64,000 nt of DNA from Magnetococcales bacterium DCbin4 (GCA_002753735.1 PEAN01000010.1:6937-70936); one strand, 5' to 3'; counted from the first letter of the stretch, positions 9,958-19,211 are shown. Notes: generated by a model from the letters alone, not told the origin. Program-made: numbers and translations.

Positions 9958-10440
9958 TTATTGTTGCTGGGCAGCAGGAGCCGCTTCTTCGGCACCCTGG
10001 GGAGCCGCAGCGGGAGGAGCACCCCAACCGGGAGCACCACCCCAAGCACCCGGACCACCCGGACCAGCCGGACCGCCCCAAGCACCCGGACCGCCGCCCC
10101 AACCACCCGGACCACCCCAACCACCCGGACCACCCCAACCACCCGGATATCCGCCGTAAGGGCCGTAGCCATAACCGTTGTTCCAACCGTTGTTATTGTT
10201 CCAACCGTTGTTCCAACCATTATTGCCCGATCCGCCACCATCACCGCTCATGTTGAAACCGAAATTACCGGACGCACGACCGTTGCCAGTGCCGTTGCCG
10301 TTGTTCATCCAATTATTTCCCCAGTTGCCATTGTTATAGCCGGGGCCGTTACCCCACCAAGCCATGGCATCATCAGCGTTCATCATCACGACGCCCCCCA
10401 AAAGGGCCGCCACGGCCAACGTGGTCAATGTCTTCTTCAT
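9958..10440 (-). CDS. secreted Gly/Trp/Asn-rich repeat protein (sulfur-globule-protein-like architecture)
   Basis: Signal peptide MKKTLTTLAVAALLGGVVMMNADDAMA. Then WWGNGPGYNNGNWGNNW, central GNFGFNMSGDGGG, GWNN repeats, GGPGGW x3 (18-bp DNA tandem at about 10099-10150). Ala/Pro/Gln tail. Confidence 0.8.
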   Translation of the reverse strand: MKKTLTTLAVAALLGGVVMMNADDAMAWWGNGPGYNNGNWGNNWMNNGNGTGNGRASGNFGFNMSGDGGGSGNNGWNNGWNNNNGWNNGYGYGPYGGYPGGWGGPGGWGGPGGWGGGPGAWGGPAGPGGPGAWGGAPGWGAPPAAAPQGAEEAAPAAQQQ

Positions 10441-10510
10441 AGATTCGTTTCCTTACTCACATGGTTGATAAAAAAACACAAATCAAAAAATTCACTACCT
10501 TTTGAACAAA

Positions 10511-10933
10511 CTACCATCCCCAACCGCCGGGGCCACCCCAACGTCCAGGACCCCAGCCACCTGGACCACCCCAATTACCAGGACCCCAACCAACCGGACC
10601 ACCCCAACCCCCCGGGCCCCAGCCATTGTTACCCCAGCCATTGTTGCCCCAGCCATTGTTGCCCCAACCGTTGTTCCAACCGTTGTTCCACATATTGTTC
10701 CAGCCATCGCGGGTCAATCCTTCGAGATCCCCCTCCATGGTGAAATTCAAACGCGCCGTACCCCGCCCCCGACCATCGTTATTCCAATTATTTCCCCAAT
10801 TCCCCCCCCCATTGTTCCAACCCGGACCATCACCCCAACCCGGTCCCCACCAGGCAACGGATTCACTGGAAATCAGCATGCCAATGACCCCGATCAGAAC
10901 GGCCAAAACCGTCATTTGCAATTTTTTATTCAT
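10511..10933 (-). CDS. secreted Gly/Trp/Asn-rich repeat protein, paralog of 9958..10440
   Basis: Start at ATG 10933 (MNKKLQ) preceded by GAGGAG. Signal peptide ends SESVA-WWG. Central LNFTMEGD. GNNGW x3 (15-bp tandem at about 10619-10699). GGPGGWG repeats. Ends GGWGW. Confidence 0.8.
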   Translation of the reverse strand: MNKKLQMTVLAVLIGVIGMLISSESVAWWGPGWGDGPGWNNGGGNWGNNWNNDGRGRGTARLNFTMEGDLEGLTRDGWNNMWNNGWNNGWGNNGWGNNGWGNNGWGPGGWGGPVGWGPGNWGGPGGWGPGRWGGPGGWGW

Positions 10934-11116
10934 CCATCGACTCCTCATCCCGACAAAAAAAAAGCACCTTCCCCAGCAGCCCGCCAAAACGCCCTGGGGG
11001 TCTCAATGTCTCCAAAATATTCGTGTATGGACTAAAAACTAAAACAGGAATAAAGGTGGAAAAGAACAACCCAAGCCCTTCGTACACCCCGGCGCAACCC
11101 CACGCACCGACGTTTC

Positions 11117-11794
11117 CTACCATCGCCCCCCATCCCAATCGCCATATCCCCCATTGCCCCAGGGCCGCTCCTCCCACCCACGAGGGGGTCCATATGAGCG
11201 ATCCCCTCCCAATCCATGATCTGGGGCGCCCATATTGGGATTCACCGGAGAACCGTCACGGCCAAAACGCCAATCTCCACCCTCAGGACCTGCCCACCCG
11301 CCTGGATCGTGTTCCCAAGGGGCGATTGCTCCGGAACCATAATAATTCCGCCTCCGTTCCCAATCCCAATCGGCATGGGACGAAGAAGAGCCCCAAGGAT
11401 CATATTCCATCAAAGGCGAATTCCAATACCCCCACTGATTGGCACCCCATGGATCATACATGGGCACCGGTGTTCGATACCGATAGACATTCCTTCCATT
11501 TCCTTCAACCGGGCCATACCTCCGTTCATCAGCCTGCGGCGCATACCTGCCATCAGAAGCGCCTGCACTGCCCCGGTTCCCATCCACCCCTCCGGTCACA
11601 CCGGCATCACGCTTTGCACCGGACTTGCCCATTTCCTGCATGAAAGATCCCATGAACCGGCCAAACCGCTCACCCATATCCTGCAACTCACCATGGGCCG
11701 GAGCTTCACCACAATGGCCAAGTCCATTCCATAACAAAAGCACCTGAAAGAAACACCCAAAAACGATCAACCGTGTCATCAAGCTTTTTACCAT
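11117..11794 (-). CDS. secreted low-complexity W/G/D/R/P-rich protein
   Basis: Hydrophobic N-terminus MVKSLMTRLIVFGCFFQVLLLW. Then YDPWGANQWGYW, EYDPWG, DWDWERRR, GGDWRFGRDG. Ends DWDGGRW. Start uncertain (11794 or 11779). Confidence 0.6.
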   Translation of the reverse strand: MVKSLMTRLIVFGCFFQVLLLWNGLGHCGEAPAHGELQDMGERFGRFMGSFMQEMGKSGAKRDAGVTGGVDGNRGSAGASDGRYAPQADERRYGPVEGNGRNVYRYRTPVPMYDPWGANQWGYWNSPLMEYDPWGSSSSHADWDWERRRNYYGSGAIAPWEHDPGGWAGPEGGDWRFGRDGSPVNPNMGAPDHGLGGDRSYGPPRGWEERPWGNGGYGDWDGGRW

Positions 11795-11981
11795 GGCTCC
11801 CGGCAAGAAATGTTCCCTTTCCCTGTGTAAAATCCAATGCCATCGCCCCCATTTTATTATGACCACCATGCCACCTGAAAACCAGGATATATATTTTGAA
11901 TTTTTCATTATTCGAATATTATAAAATTCTAATATACAGACTGGGAGCACACTTTGCAAGAAAATAATCGGCGTTCCATCC

Positions 11982-12659
11982 TCATTTTTTCACCCCATCC
12001 GCCTGTGGAGGGGCACTGACTTTCTGAAATCCCGCCGGTAGATCAAACAAGGATTGAGGTTGCGCACCCTGTTTAAGGTTTTCCATATTCACTTCCAGGC
12101 CATCCACATAGGCTTCACGAATGGCAATTTTCAATCCAACATCCACCCACATCCGGGCATAAGGTTCAATCGAACCACCAGGGGCTGACGAACGCAACGA
12201 AATATCCCATAAACGGGTTTCACGCCCACCGATTGCCTGAACCCCCATCTCCCTGCAAACGAACTGAGGATCCTTGCGACACGGACTTTCCTGTTCATCC
12301 GGCATGGGTGGGCGACCGATGACCATCCCCTCGCTGACCGTATATACCTTCTGTTGCGGAAACAACGTCCAAACCAATTTTTCTTCGGGTTTGAAGATCA
12401 TCCATACCTTCTGTCCCGCCCGTTCACCTTCAGTCCGGACACCATGACGTCCCACATACATCCTTCCTTGGGTCACCCTGTTGTTTTCCTTTGTGTTCCT
12501 TCGCACAACATCCGCCGAAAATTCGTAAACCTCTGCGTCACCCTTTTCCGCCGCCGCTGCCAAGGTTGGCAGCCCGGCACAACAAAATACAGCCAAAAGC
12601 ACACCCCGAACCCACAAACGCTTAAGCGCCGAAGAAACCAATTGAATCGTAAAATTCAT
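11982..12659 (-). CDS. hypothetical periplasmic protein (ordinary composition, possibly LolA-like fold)
   Basis: Signal peptide LLAVFCCAGLPTLAAAAE. Globular composition unlike its neighbours. No motif I can name. Start set at MNFTIQL (12659). Confidence 0.55.
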   Translation of the reverse strand: MNFTIQLVSSALKRLWVRGVLLAVFCCAGLPTLAAAAEKGDAEVYEFSADVVRRNTKENNRVTQGRMYVGRHGVRTEGERAGQKVWMIFKPEEKLVWTLFPQQKVYTVSEGMVIGRPPMPDEQESPCRKDPQFVCREMGVQAIGGRETRLWDISLRSSAPGGSIEPYARMWVDVGLKIAIREAYVDGLEVNMENLKQGAQPQSLFDLPAGFQKVSAPPQADGVKK

Positions 12660-12954
12660 GAAATTCTGCCTGTGGAGACGATTGACCGGTATTGACATTC
12701 AAATAACAAAAAATGATTGGTAAATTGCATCAAGTCCATATTATGATTTAATACCATCACGGCAGCCTTGTCACACGATTTAAGATTTAAATAAAAAACA
12801 CCAGTTGGTTGAGGACAGGGCGTTGTCACGCATGATTGACCAATCACCCAAATTTCGGATCTCAAGCATGCGCCTGACAGGACGGAAACAACGCATAACT
12901 TGCTGGCGACTGGAAAGCAGGAAAACAATGTTTTTTACCATTCACCCGTTGGCA

Positions 12955-13325
12955 GGAAATCAATCAAAATCCCAGGTCCAATCCTTCAACATTCCTAAAC
13001 CGAGCCAAGCTTGGAATGCGCATTGTAACCATCCAGATCCACCCGCTTTTGGAAACAACCAAGAAAAAAAGGGTCCAGGAAAGGAAATTCCTCAAGGTTC
13101 TTCCATTATGCGCGTGATCGATCACCAATGAAAAACCTTGGGGGACTTCGTCCACCAGGTTTTGTTTTTTTCTTTTCCCGAAGGGACGTATCCTGAAACC
13201 AAAATCAAAACCAAAATCAAAACCTGGAGGACTTCGTCCCCCACACCCCCTGTGGGGGCTGTAAAACCAAAATCAAAATCTAAAGTCAAAACCCCGGGGG
13301 CAATCCCCCAGACCCCTTTTTTTTC
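12955..13325. repeat. intergenic repeat block, copy 1 of a dispersed hairpin-rich family
   Basis: Modules CAAAATCAAAACC, GGRGGACTTCGTCCCCC (GGGGGAC-ttc-GTCCCCC hairpin), CCCCCACA-ccccc-TGTGGGGG, GGGGGCAATCCCCC. A 10-bp inverted repeat CCAGGTTTTG (13155-13164) / CAAAACCTGG (13218-13227). Homologous blocks at 19212-19312 and 23221-23362. Confidence 0.7.
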
Positions 13326-13386
13326 TTAATAATGATGACAAAAACCACGTATCTAGAAGGCAGCGCGAATTTTTCTTGCTCAAGGG

Positions 13387-13728
13387 TCATCGCCGAAAAG
13401 CATCATCACCCCTGAACCGCGGTCCCCCCCCTGAAAGATCCTCCTCATCCTGCCACTCCAAAGGGACTTCACCCCAAGGCCGCACCGATTTCTGACGTGT
13501 CTGCGGCACAACCACCTTGTCCCCATCCTGATGCATCACGGCAGGCCACCCATATCGGGCACTTCCGGAAGCCGAAGGCGATGAAGTTCCATTCCGGCCG
13601 GTTGCCTGCGCGCCATCAGGGCGAATACGATATAAACCACTCCCCCAGGGGAGATCACCCGCCTGCCCCCACGCAGCAAAGGCCAATACCAATGCGACCG
13701 TCATTGAAATCCGAGAAAACGTCGACAT
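13387..13728 (-). CDS. small secreted hypothetical protein
   Basis: Signal peptide MSTFSRISMTVALVLAFAAWGQA. W/G/R/D-enriched mature part (DLPWGSG, RYGWP, RPWGEVPLEW). Confidence 0.55.
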   Translation of the reverse strand: MSTFSRISMTVALVLAFAAWGQAGDLPWGSGLYRIRPDGAQATGRNGTSSPSASGSARYGWPAVMHQDGDKVVVPQTRQKSVRPWGEVPLEWQDEEDLSGGGPRFRGDDAFRR

Positions 13729-13808
13729 GACAACCTACCGTCGACCAGAATTGAACATCAGGACAGGATGCCCTTGATGTGTTCATCCAACACGACCACT
13801 GCCCGCAC

Positions 13809-15047
13809 TCATCGCCACGGACCACGTACCGACCCCCCATCGGGATAATAACCACCCGGCCAGGAATAGGGATCATATCCCGGTCCATATCCCAAATCAT
13901 TCCCACGAAAGCCATCCCCTGGCCTCATCCACCCATCATAAGCAGGATTCAACCCCGGACTCGGAATCTCCCAGCTTCGATCACCACGATTCTCCCACCC
14001 CCCCGTCCACGAAAAACTGGAACCGCTTCCATTGCTTCCCATTCTCGAATCACCCACCCCCCCAGGGGCCACACGTCCCGGATGATCATCGCCATACTGC
14101 GGCCGATAAGGTCCGGAACCATATTCATAAGGATTGGAATCATAGGCCGTTCCCCTGCTTGGATCATCACCCGAACGCCCCTGATCAAGCCTCCCCGCAT
14201 CACCCGAATCGCGGAAACGTCCCTCCCCAACCTCGTCCTGACGAAAGCGACTCCCCGAAGGAGGATAACCATCATCCCGGTATCCATCTCCAGACCAACG
14301 CCCCGTCCCATCAACCGCACCACTTCGACCATCGCCCCAGAACCCCCGTGGCGGTTCCGCATGGACATCACGGCGCTGCTGCTTGCGCAAAAAATAAGGG
14401 TCAATCTCACGACGAGGGTCCAGCGTTTCCGAATCATAGAACTGATCCGAAGCCCCTGATCGATCAAAGTCGAAACGCCCCTCCCCGGATGAATCCCGCT
14501 CCGATCCCGATCCCACCCCCCGATCCTCACCAAATCTTGGATCGGGCAGTTTGCCATCACCATACCTCGGATCGGGCAGTCTGCCATCACCAAACCTCGG
14601 ATCGGGCAGTTTGCCATCACCAAACCTCGGATCGGGCAGTTTGCCATCACCCTCATTGCGAAATTCAGGCGGTGGATCCCAATAACGACTCCCCTCACCT
14701 GTATTCCAGCCCCACCCACGATTAGAGGCCGCCGGTGACGGTTGCCCAGTCGTGGTGGACTCCTTCCAACCATATACCCGATGTTCCGTACCAGCACCCG
14801 AAAAACCAACAGTGGCAGGATCGCTCGGCGATCCCTTCACTCCGGAATCATTGCCTTCTCTTCCTTCTTCTCCCATCCTTTGCGAACCGGAGGTGGAAAA
14901 CCGCTCCCCGGAGCTCACTGGACCCTGAACAACCGCCCCTTTCCCTGCCCCCGTTGCAGAAAATTCTCCGGCGGTGCCCACGACCGGGATCAAACCCAAA
15001 ACACACAGAACGAAAGGCAATGACTGTGCGCATGAAATTGGGCGCAT
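13809..15047 (-). CDS. secreted low-complexity G/D/R/P/W/Y-rich protein with decapeptide repeats
   Basis: ATG 15047 overlaps the RND stop (TGATG). Signal peptide MRPISCAQSLPFVLCVLGLIPVVGTAG. GDGKLPDPRF x4. Ends SVRGPWR. Confidence 0.7.
   Translation of the reverse strand: MRPISCAQSLPFVLCVLGLIPVVGTAGEFSATGAGKGAVVQGPVSSGERFSTSGSQRMGEEGREGNDSGVKGSPSDPATVGFSGAGTEHRVYGWKESTTTGQPSPAASNRGWGWNTGEGSRYWDPPPEFRNEGDGKLPDPRFGDGKLPDPRFGDGRLPDPRYGDGKLPDPRFGEDRGVGSGSERDSSGEGRFDFDRSGASDQFYDSETLDPRREIDPYFLRKQQRRDVHAEPPRGFWGDGRSGAVDGTGRWSGDGYRDDGYPPSGSRFRQDEVGEGRFRDSGDAGRLDQGRSGDDPSRGTAYDSNPYEYGSGPYRPQYGDDHPGRVAPGGVGDSRMGSNGSGSSFSWTGGWENRGDRSWEIPSPGLNPAYDGWMRPGDGFRGNDLGYGPGYDPYSWPGGYYPDGGSVRGPWR
14538..14652. 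repeat. 30-bp tandem repeat, about 3.8 copies, inside the coding sequence
   Basis: yGGATCGGGCAGTyTGCCATCACCAwACCT repeated head to tail. Encodes GDG(K/R)LPDPR(F/Y). Confidence 0.9.
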
Positions 15048-18000
15048 CACACCTCCTCGACGGTTCCTTCACCCGGATTCTTCGTCTTCAAACGAATCCC
15101 CCGCCGACCTCCGGTTGCCCCTTGCCCCTTGGATCGCCCCTGCGTTTGTCGCGAGGAAACACCCACATCCGCAGACTCAGGTTCCTTGACCGGCTCCAGC
15201 TCCTTGGGATCAAGCGCCACGGTATCCCTCTCAGCAACACCCGGGTGTTCACCCATGCCCACTTCTTCGACCATCTCCCTGGTCTGAGATTCATGATGAG
15301 TCGGTTCAATCTGATCTGCAACTGCCTCGCGTTCCTGAACCACAGCAGCTTCCTGAACCAAAGCAGCTTCCTGAACCACGACAGCTTCCTGAACCACGAC
15401 AGGCTCCTGAACCAAGACAGCTTCCTGTCCGACAGGATCTTGGACCTCGGCAGCCGCTTTTGGTTCCAACTCAATCTTGGCAGGTGATTCTTCGACCTGT
15501 ACCTGAGCGACCGTTTCCTGAACCATCACCTCGGACACGCCATCAGATTCCTTCGCCACGGCAACATCAACCTTGGGTTTCCGTGAGGTTGACCTCCCTT
15601 TTCCAGAACGCCGCCCCTTTTCTTCCACATCGTCACGCGCAACCTCCTTGCTTGCGACGATCTTGCGCAATTCGCTCTTGGCCCGGGTATAGGAATCCTT
15701 TTCCTCATTCACCGTTTCACTTTCACGCCATTCCACCGGAGCCGGGAGGTCAGGATCACATGCGGCACTGGCCCTGGCCGTCGACACACCACTACCCGGC
15801 CTGGCGAGGAAGCTTTCCGGTTCAGGGTGAACAAAACCACTCTGAGCCGTCACACATCCCAGGGGGATCACCAATAATGTCAACAAGGTGGAAACCAAAG
15901 CACCGAACAACAGCGAAATGGCCATCCCCTGAAAGATGAAATCCCCCAAAATCACGCTCGACCCCGCAACCAGGGCAAAAGCGGTAATCAGGATCGGACG
16001 TGTTCTGGCCTTACACGAAAGAATGACCGCATCCCGTACCGATACCCCTTTGAGGATCTCCTGTTGGGCGAAGTCGACCAACAGGATGGAGTTGCGCACG
16101 ATGATCCCCGCCAACGCAATGAAACCGATCATCGAGGTTGCGGTAAACTTGGCATTCAACAGCCAATGCCCGGGAATGATTCCCAACAGCGTCAACGGGA
16201 TGGGAGCCATGATGATGGCAGGGAGGATGAAGTTGCCAAATTCCCAGACCACCAACATGTAGATCAAAATCAAGGCGGCCCCAAACGCCATCCCCATGTC
16301 ACGGAAGGTTTCATAGGTCACGGTCCACTCGCCGGTCCACTCGAAACCAGACTGACTGTAGTTTTCCGGCGGCCCAAAATAGTTCCCTGAAATGGTCACG
16401 CCATCGGGCGTCTTGTACGTTGCGAGTTTCTCCTCGATCTCCGACATTCCATAGATCGGGGCATCCAAACGACCCGTCACCTCACCCGTGACGAACTCCA
16501 CCGGTCGTAAATCCTTATGGTAGATGATGGGATCTTGAAAATCCTTGATGAAACGTCCCAACTCACCCAATGGAATCGCCGTCCCATCCGGCGCAGAAAT
16601 GGGCAGGTCACTCATGCTGGATACCTTGGAACGAATTTCCAATGGGACCTGAAGGACAATGTAGGTCGGCTCCAGAATGCTCCCCCCTTTCACGTCACCC
16701 AACTGGGCCCCCCCCATCGCCATGGCCAGATTGCGATTGATGGCATCGACCGAGATACCCCGGCGTACCGCTTTTTCGGTATCGACCTCAAAGCGCCAGA
16801 ATTCATACGTTTGCTGGATGTAATTATCCACATCGACAATGCTTTCCGCTTCTTCGAAAAACCGGGTCATCTGTTCTGCCACCTGACGCCGGATCACAGC
16901 GGTCGGACCGGTCACCTCTGCCACGACCGACTGCAACACCGGCGGTCCGGGAGGCATTTCCACAACCTGAATGCGGGCACCCACCTTCTGGGCATAGGGG
17001 GTCAGGAATTCCCGGGTCGCCACCGCCAGATCATGACTGGTCCGTTTGCGATCACGCTTGTGCAACAGTTGCACCTGAATATCGGCCTCCCATGAATTGC
17101 GGCGCATATAGTAATGCCGCACCATCCCGTTGAAATTGAATGGCGAAGCGGTGCCGATATAAGTTTGCAAGGCCGTCACTTCGGGAACCTGACTCTTGAT
17201 CATTTCGGTCATGCGATTGGCCACATTGACCGTCCGTGGCAAAGCGGTCCCCTCGGGCATGTTGATGACCACATTAAACTCGGGTTTGTTGTCCAACGGC
17301 AGAATCTTCACCGTCACGTCAGTGGTATAGAACAAAAACATCGAACCAAAAAATCCCGCCACCAACAAACCCAGAAAGGCAAATCCCTTCACCCGGCTAT
17401 CCAACAGGCTGGGGATGATCCAACGATAAAACCGCTCCAGCCGCTCGACGCTCCGATGTTCCTTTTCCGAGTGAATGTGCAACGAACGCATGCTGGGTTT
17501 GATGAGCTGCGCCAGCCACGGGGTGAAAATGAACGCGGCAAACAATGAGAACAACATCGCCACCGACCCCAGCGCTGGAATCGGCTCCATGTACGGACCC
17601 ATCATCCCGCGGACAAACCCCATCGGCAGCAGGGCCGCAATCACGGTAAAGGTGGCCAGGATCGTGGGATTGCCCACCTCCCGCACCGCATCAATGGAAA
17701 TCAGATGACAGCATTGGTCTTCCAACAGCCAACGCCGATAGATGTTTTCCACCACCACAATGGCGTCGTCCACCAGAATACCGATGGAAAAAATCAGCGC
17801 GAACAACGAAACCCGGTCGATGGTGTACCCCAGGATCCAGGCGGCGAACACCGTCATCAGGATCACCACCGGGATCACCACCAACGTCACGATGGCCGGC
17901 TTGAACCCCAGGGAGTACCAGACCAGGAAGGTCACGGCCATGGTGGCGATCAACAATTTGAACAGCAGTTCGTTCACCTTTTCGTTGGCGGTTTCGCCAT

Positions 18001-19102
18001 AATTGCGGGTGACCGAAACATACACATTGTTGGGAATGAGATGCCCCTTCAACTCTTCCACCTTGGCCAACACCTGATTGGCGACGGTCACCCCGTTGGA
18101 GCCTTTTTTCTTGGCGATGGCCAGGGTTACCGCTGGAACGGAATTGGCCGCAGGGGTTTCCCCCTTGTAGGCGGGCCCGGTGGTGTAGGTCACCATCTGT
18201 TTGGTCTCTTCCGGTCCGGAAAACACCTGGGCCACATCCCGGACATAGACCGGCGAGTTGAACCGGGTTCCAACCATCAGCCGTGAAACATCCTGGGCAC
18301 TCTTGAGGAAGGATCCGGTATAGACCGTGAATCCCTGGTCGCCACTTTCAAGATGACCGATCCCCTGTTCGCTGTTGGCCGTCTTGATGGTTTGCGCAAT
18401 CTGGTCCAGACTGATCCCGAACCCCGACAACCGCTCCGGAAACACCTCCACCCGAATCTGCTCCGCCCGGCCACCGACGATAAACCCCTGGCTGGTATTA
18501 TCCACCTGTTTGATCTGTTGCAGCACATCCAGGGTCAAGGCACGCAAGGCACTGTCGTTGACATCCTCGCTCCACAAGGTCAACGTGACGATGGGAACGT
18601 CGTCCACCGCCTTGGGCTTCACCAGCGGCGGATTCACCCCAGGCGGAACCTTGTCCATGTTGGATTCGATCCGGTCGTACAACTTGACCAGCGATTCCTC
18701 CATATCCTGGCCGACATCAAACTCCACCGTGATCATCGCCTGCCCCCGCATCGATGCGGAATAGACATGCTTGACCCCCGATATTTCACTCATGATCCGT
18801 TCCAACGGATCGGTGACCAATGTCGCCACCTGCTCCGAAGAGGCACCGGGATATTGGACAAAAATATCCACCATCGGTACGGAAATCTGAGGATCCTCCT
18901 GGCGCGGCGTCAATAACAACCCCATCAACCCCATCGCCAGACACGCAAACAAAAACAACGGCGACAATGGCGAATGAATGAAGGCCTTGGCCATGTTGCC
19001 GGCCACGCCAAGGTTATGGTGAGGCCCTTCCATTTTTTCGGGTGGAGGAGGCAACTGACTACCTTTGGAATTGGAGGCTTTGGTCATGGTTCTTGGTTGC
19101 AA
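15047..19102 (-). CDS. RND efflux transporter permease (AcrB/AcrD/AcrF family) with long C-terminal low-complexity extension
   Basis: 12-TM RND layout with two large periplasmic loops (PMVDIFVQYPGAS..., GILVDDAIVVVENI, IALAGIIVRNSILLVDF). About 266 extra acidic residues follow the last TM. Alternative start at 19087. Confidence 0.85.
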   Translation of the reverse strand: MQPRTMTKASNSKGSQLPPPPEKMEGPHHNLGVAGNMAKAFIHSPLSPLFLFACLAMGLMGLLLTPRQEDPQISVPMVDIFVQYPGASSEQVATLVTDPLERIMSEISGVKHVYSASMRGQAMITVEFDVGQDMEESLVKLYDRIESNMDKVPPGVNPPLVKPKAVDDVPIVTLTLWSEDVNDSALRALTLDVLQQIKQVDNTSQGFIVGGRAEQIRVEVFPERLSGFGISLDQIAQTIKTANSEQGIGHLESGDQGFTVYTGSFLKSAQDVSRLMVGTRFNSPVYVRDVAQVFSGPEETKQMVTYTTGPAYKGETPAANSVPAVTLAIAKKKGSNGVTVANQVLAKVEELKGHLIPNNVYVSVTRNYGETANEKVNELLFKLLIATMAVTFLVWYSLGFKPAIVTLVVIPVVILMTVFAAWILGYTIDRVSLFALIFSIGILVDDAIVVVENIYRRWLLEDQCCHLISIDAVREVGNPTILATFTVIAALLPMGFVRGMMGPYMEPIPALGSVAMLFSLFAAFIFTPWLAQLIKPSMRSLHIHSEKEHRSVERLERFYRWIIPSLLDSRVKGFAFLGLLVAGFFGSMFLFYTTDVTVKILPLDNKPEFNVVINMPEGTALPRTVNVANRMTEMIKSQVPEVTALQTYIGTASPFNFNGMVRHYYMRRNSWEADIQVQLLHKRDRKRTSHDLAVATREFLTPYAQKVGARIQVVEMPPGPPVLQSVVAEVTGPTAVIRRQVAEQMTRFFEEAESIVDVDNYIQQTYEFWRFEVDTEKAVRRGISVDAINRNLAMAMGGAQLGDVKGGSILEPTYIVLQVPLEIRSKVSSMSDLPISAPDGTAIPLGELGRFIKDFQDPIIYHKDLRPVEFVTGEVTGRLDAPIYGMSEIEEKLATYKTPDGVTISGNYFGPPENYSQSGFEWTGEWTVTYETFRDMGMAFGAALILIYMLVVWEFGNFILPAIIMAPIPLTLLGIIPGHWLLNAKFTATSMIGFIALAGIIVRNSILLVDFAQQEILKGVSVRDAVILSCKARTRPILITAFALVAGSSVILGDFIFQGMAISLLFGALVSTLLTLLVIPLGCVTAQSGFVHPEPESFLARPGSGVSTARASAACDPDLPAPVEWRESETVNEEKDSYTRAKSELRKIVASKEVARDDVEEKGRRSGKGRSTSRKPKVDVAVAKESDGVSEVMVQETVAQVQVEESPAKIELEPKAAAEVQDPVGQEAVLVQEPVVVQEAVVVQEAALVQEAAVVQEREAVADQIEPTHHESQTREMVEEVGMGEHPGVAERDTVALDPKELEPVKEPESADVGVSSRQTQGRSKGQGATGGRRGIRLKTKNPGEGTVEEV
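15332..15429. repeat. 18-bp tandem repeat, about 5.4 copies, inside the RND tail coding region
   Basis: TTCCTGAACCAnrrCAGC units. Encodes the hexapeptide-periodic run QEAVLVQEPVVVQEAVVVQEAALVQEAAVVQE. Confidence 0.9.
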
Positions 19103-19211
19103 CCGGAAATTAAGGGTGTATGAATGGTATGTGCATTAGTGTTACCGCACCGACCGATCATCGGATTCATCATAACAATCGACAACAAAAATCCGATGCG
19201 TCCGCTCCATG

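Noticed and set aside
9917-10743. Plus-strand Pro/Thr-rich ORFs (80 and 260 aa) and other alternative frames over the G/W-repeat genes
   Set aside because: They are complements of GGN/TGG-rich coding repeats. The minus-strand frames have signal peptides, RBSs and paralogous architecture; the plus-strand frames have none.
12805-13131. 108-aa plus-strand ORF in the long spacer
   Set aside because: It has no RBS and odd composition, and it overlaps repeat-family sequence. More likely non-coding.
13949-14809. 286-aa same-strand alternative frame inside the 412-aa protein gene
   Set aside because: It has no signal peptide or start context. The frame beginning at 15047 is coupled to the RND stop and preserves the decapeptide repeat.
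14538-15429. Tandem direct repeats considered as a possible CRISPR array
   Set aside because: The 30-bp and 18-bp units are contiguous with no spacers, lie in-frame inside coding sequences, and no cas genes are present.
16064-18916. Series of plus-strand ORFs of 100-193 aa
   Set aside because: All are antisense to the RND transporter gene and have His/Arg/Gly/Pro-biased composition. Shadow ORFs.
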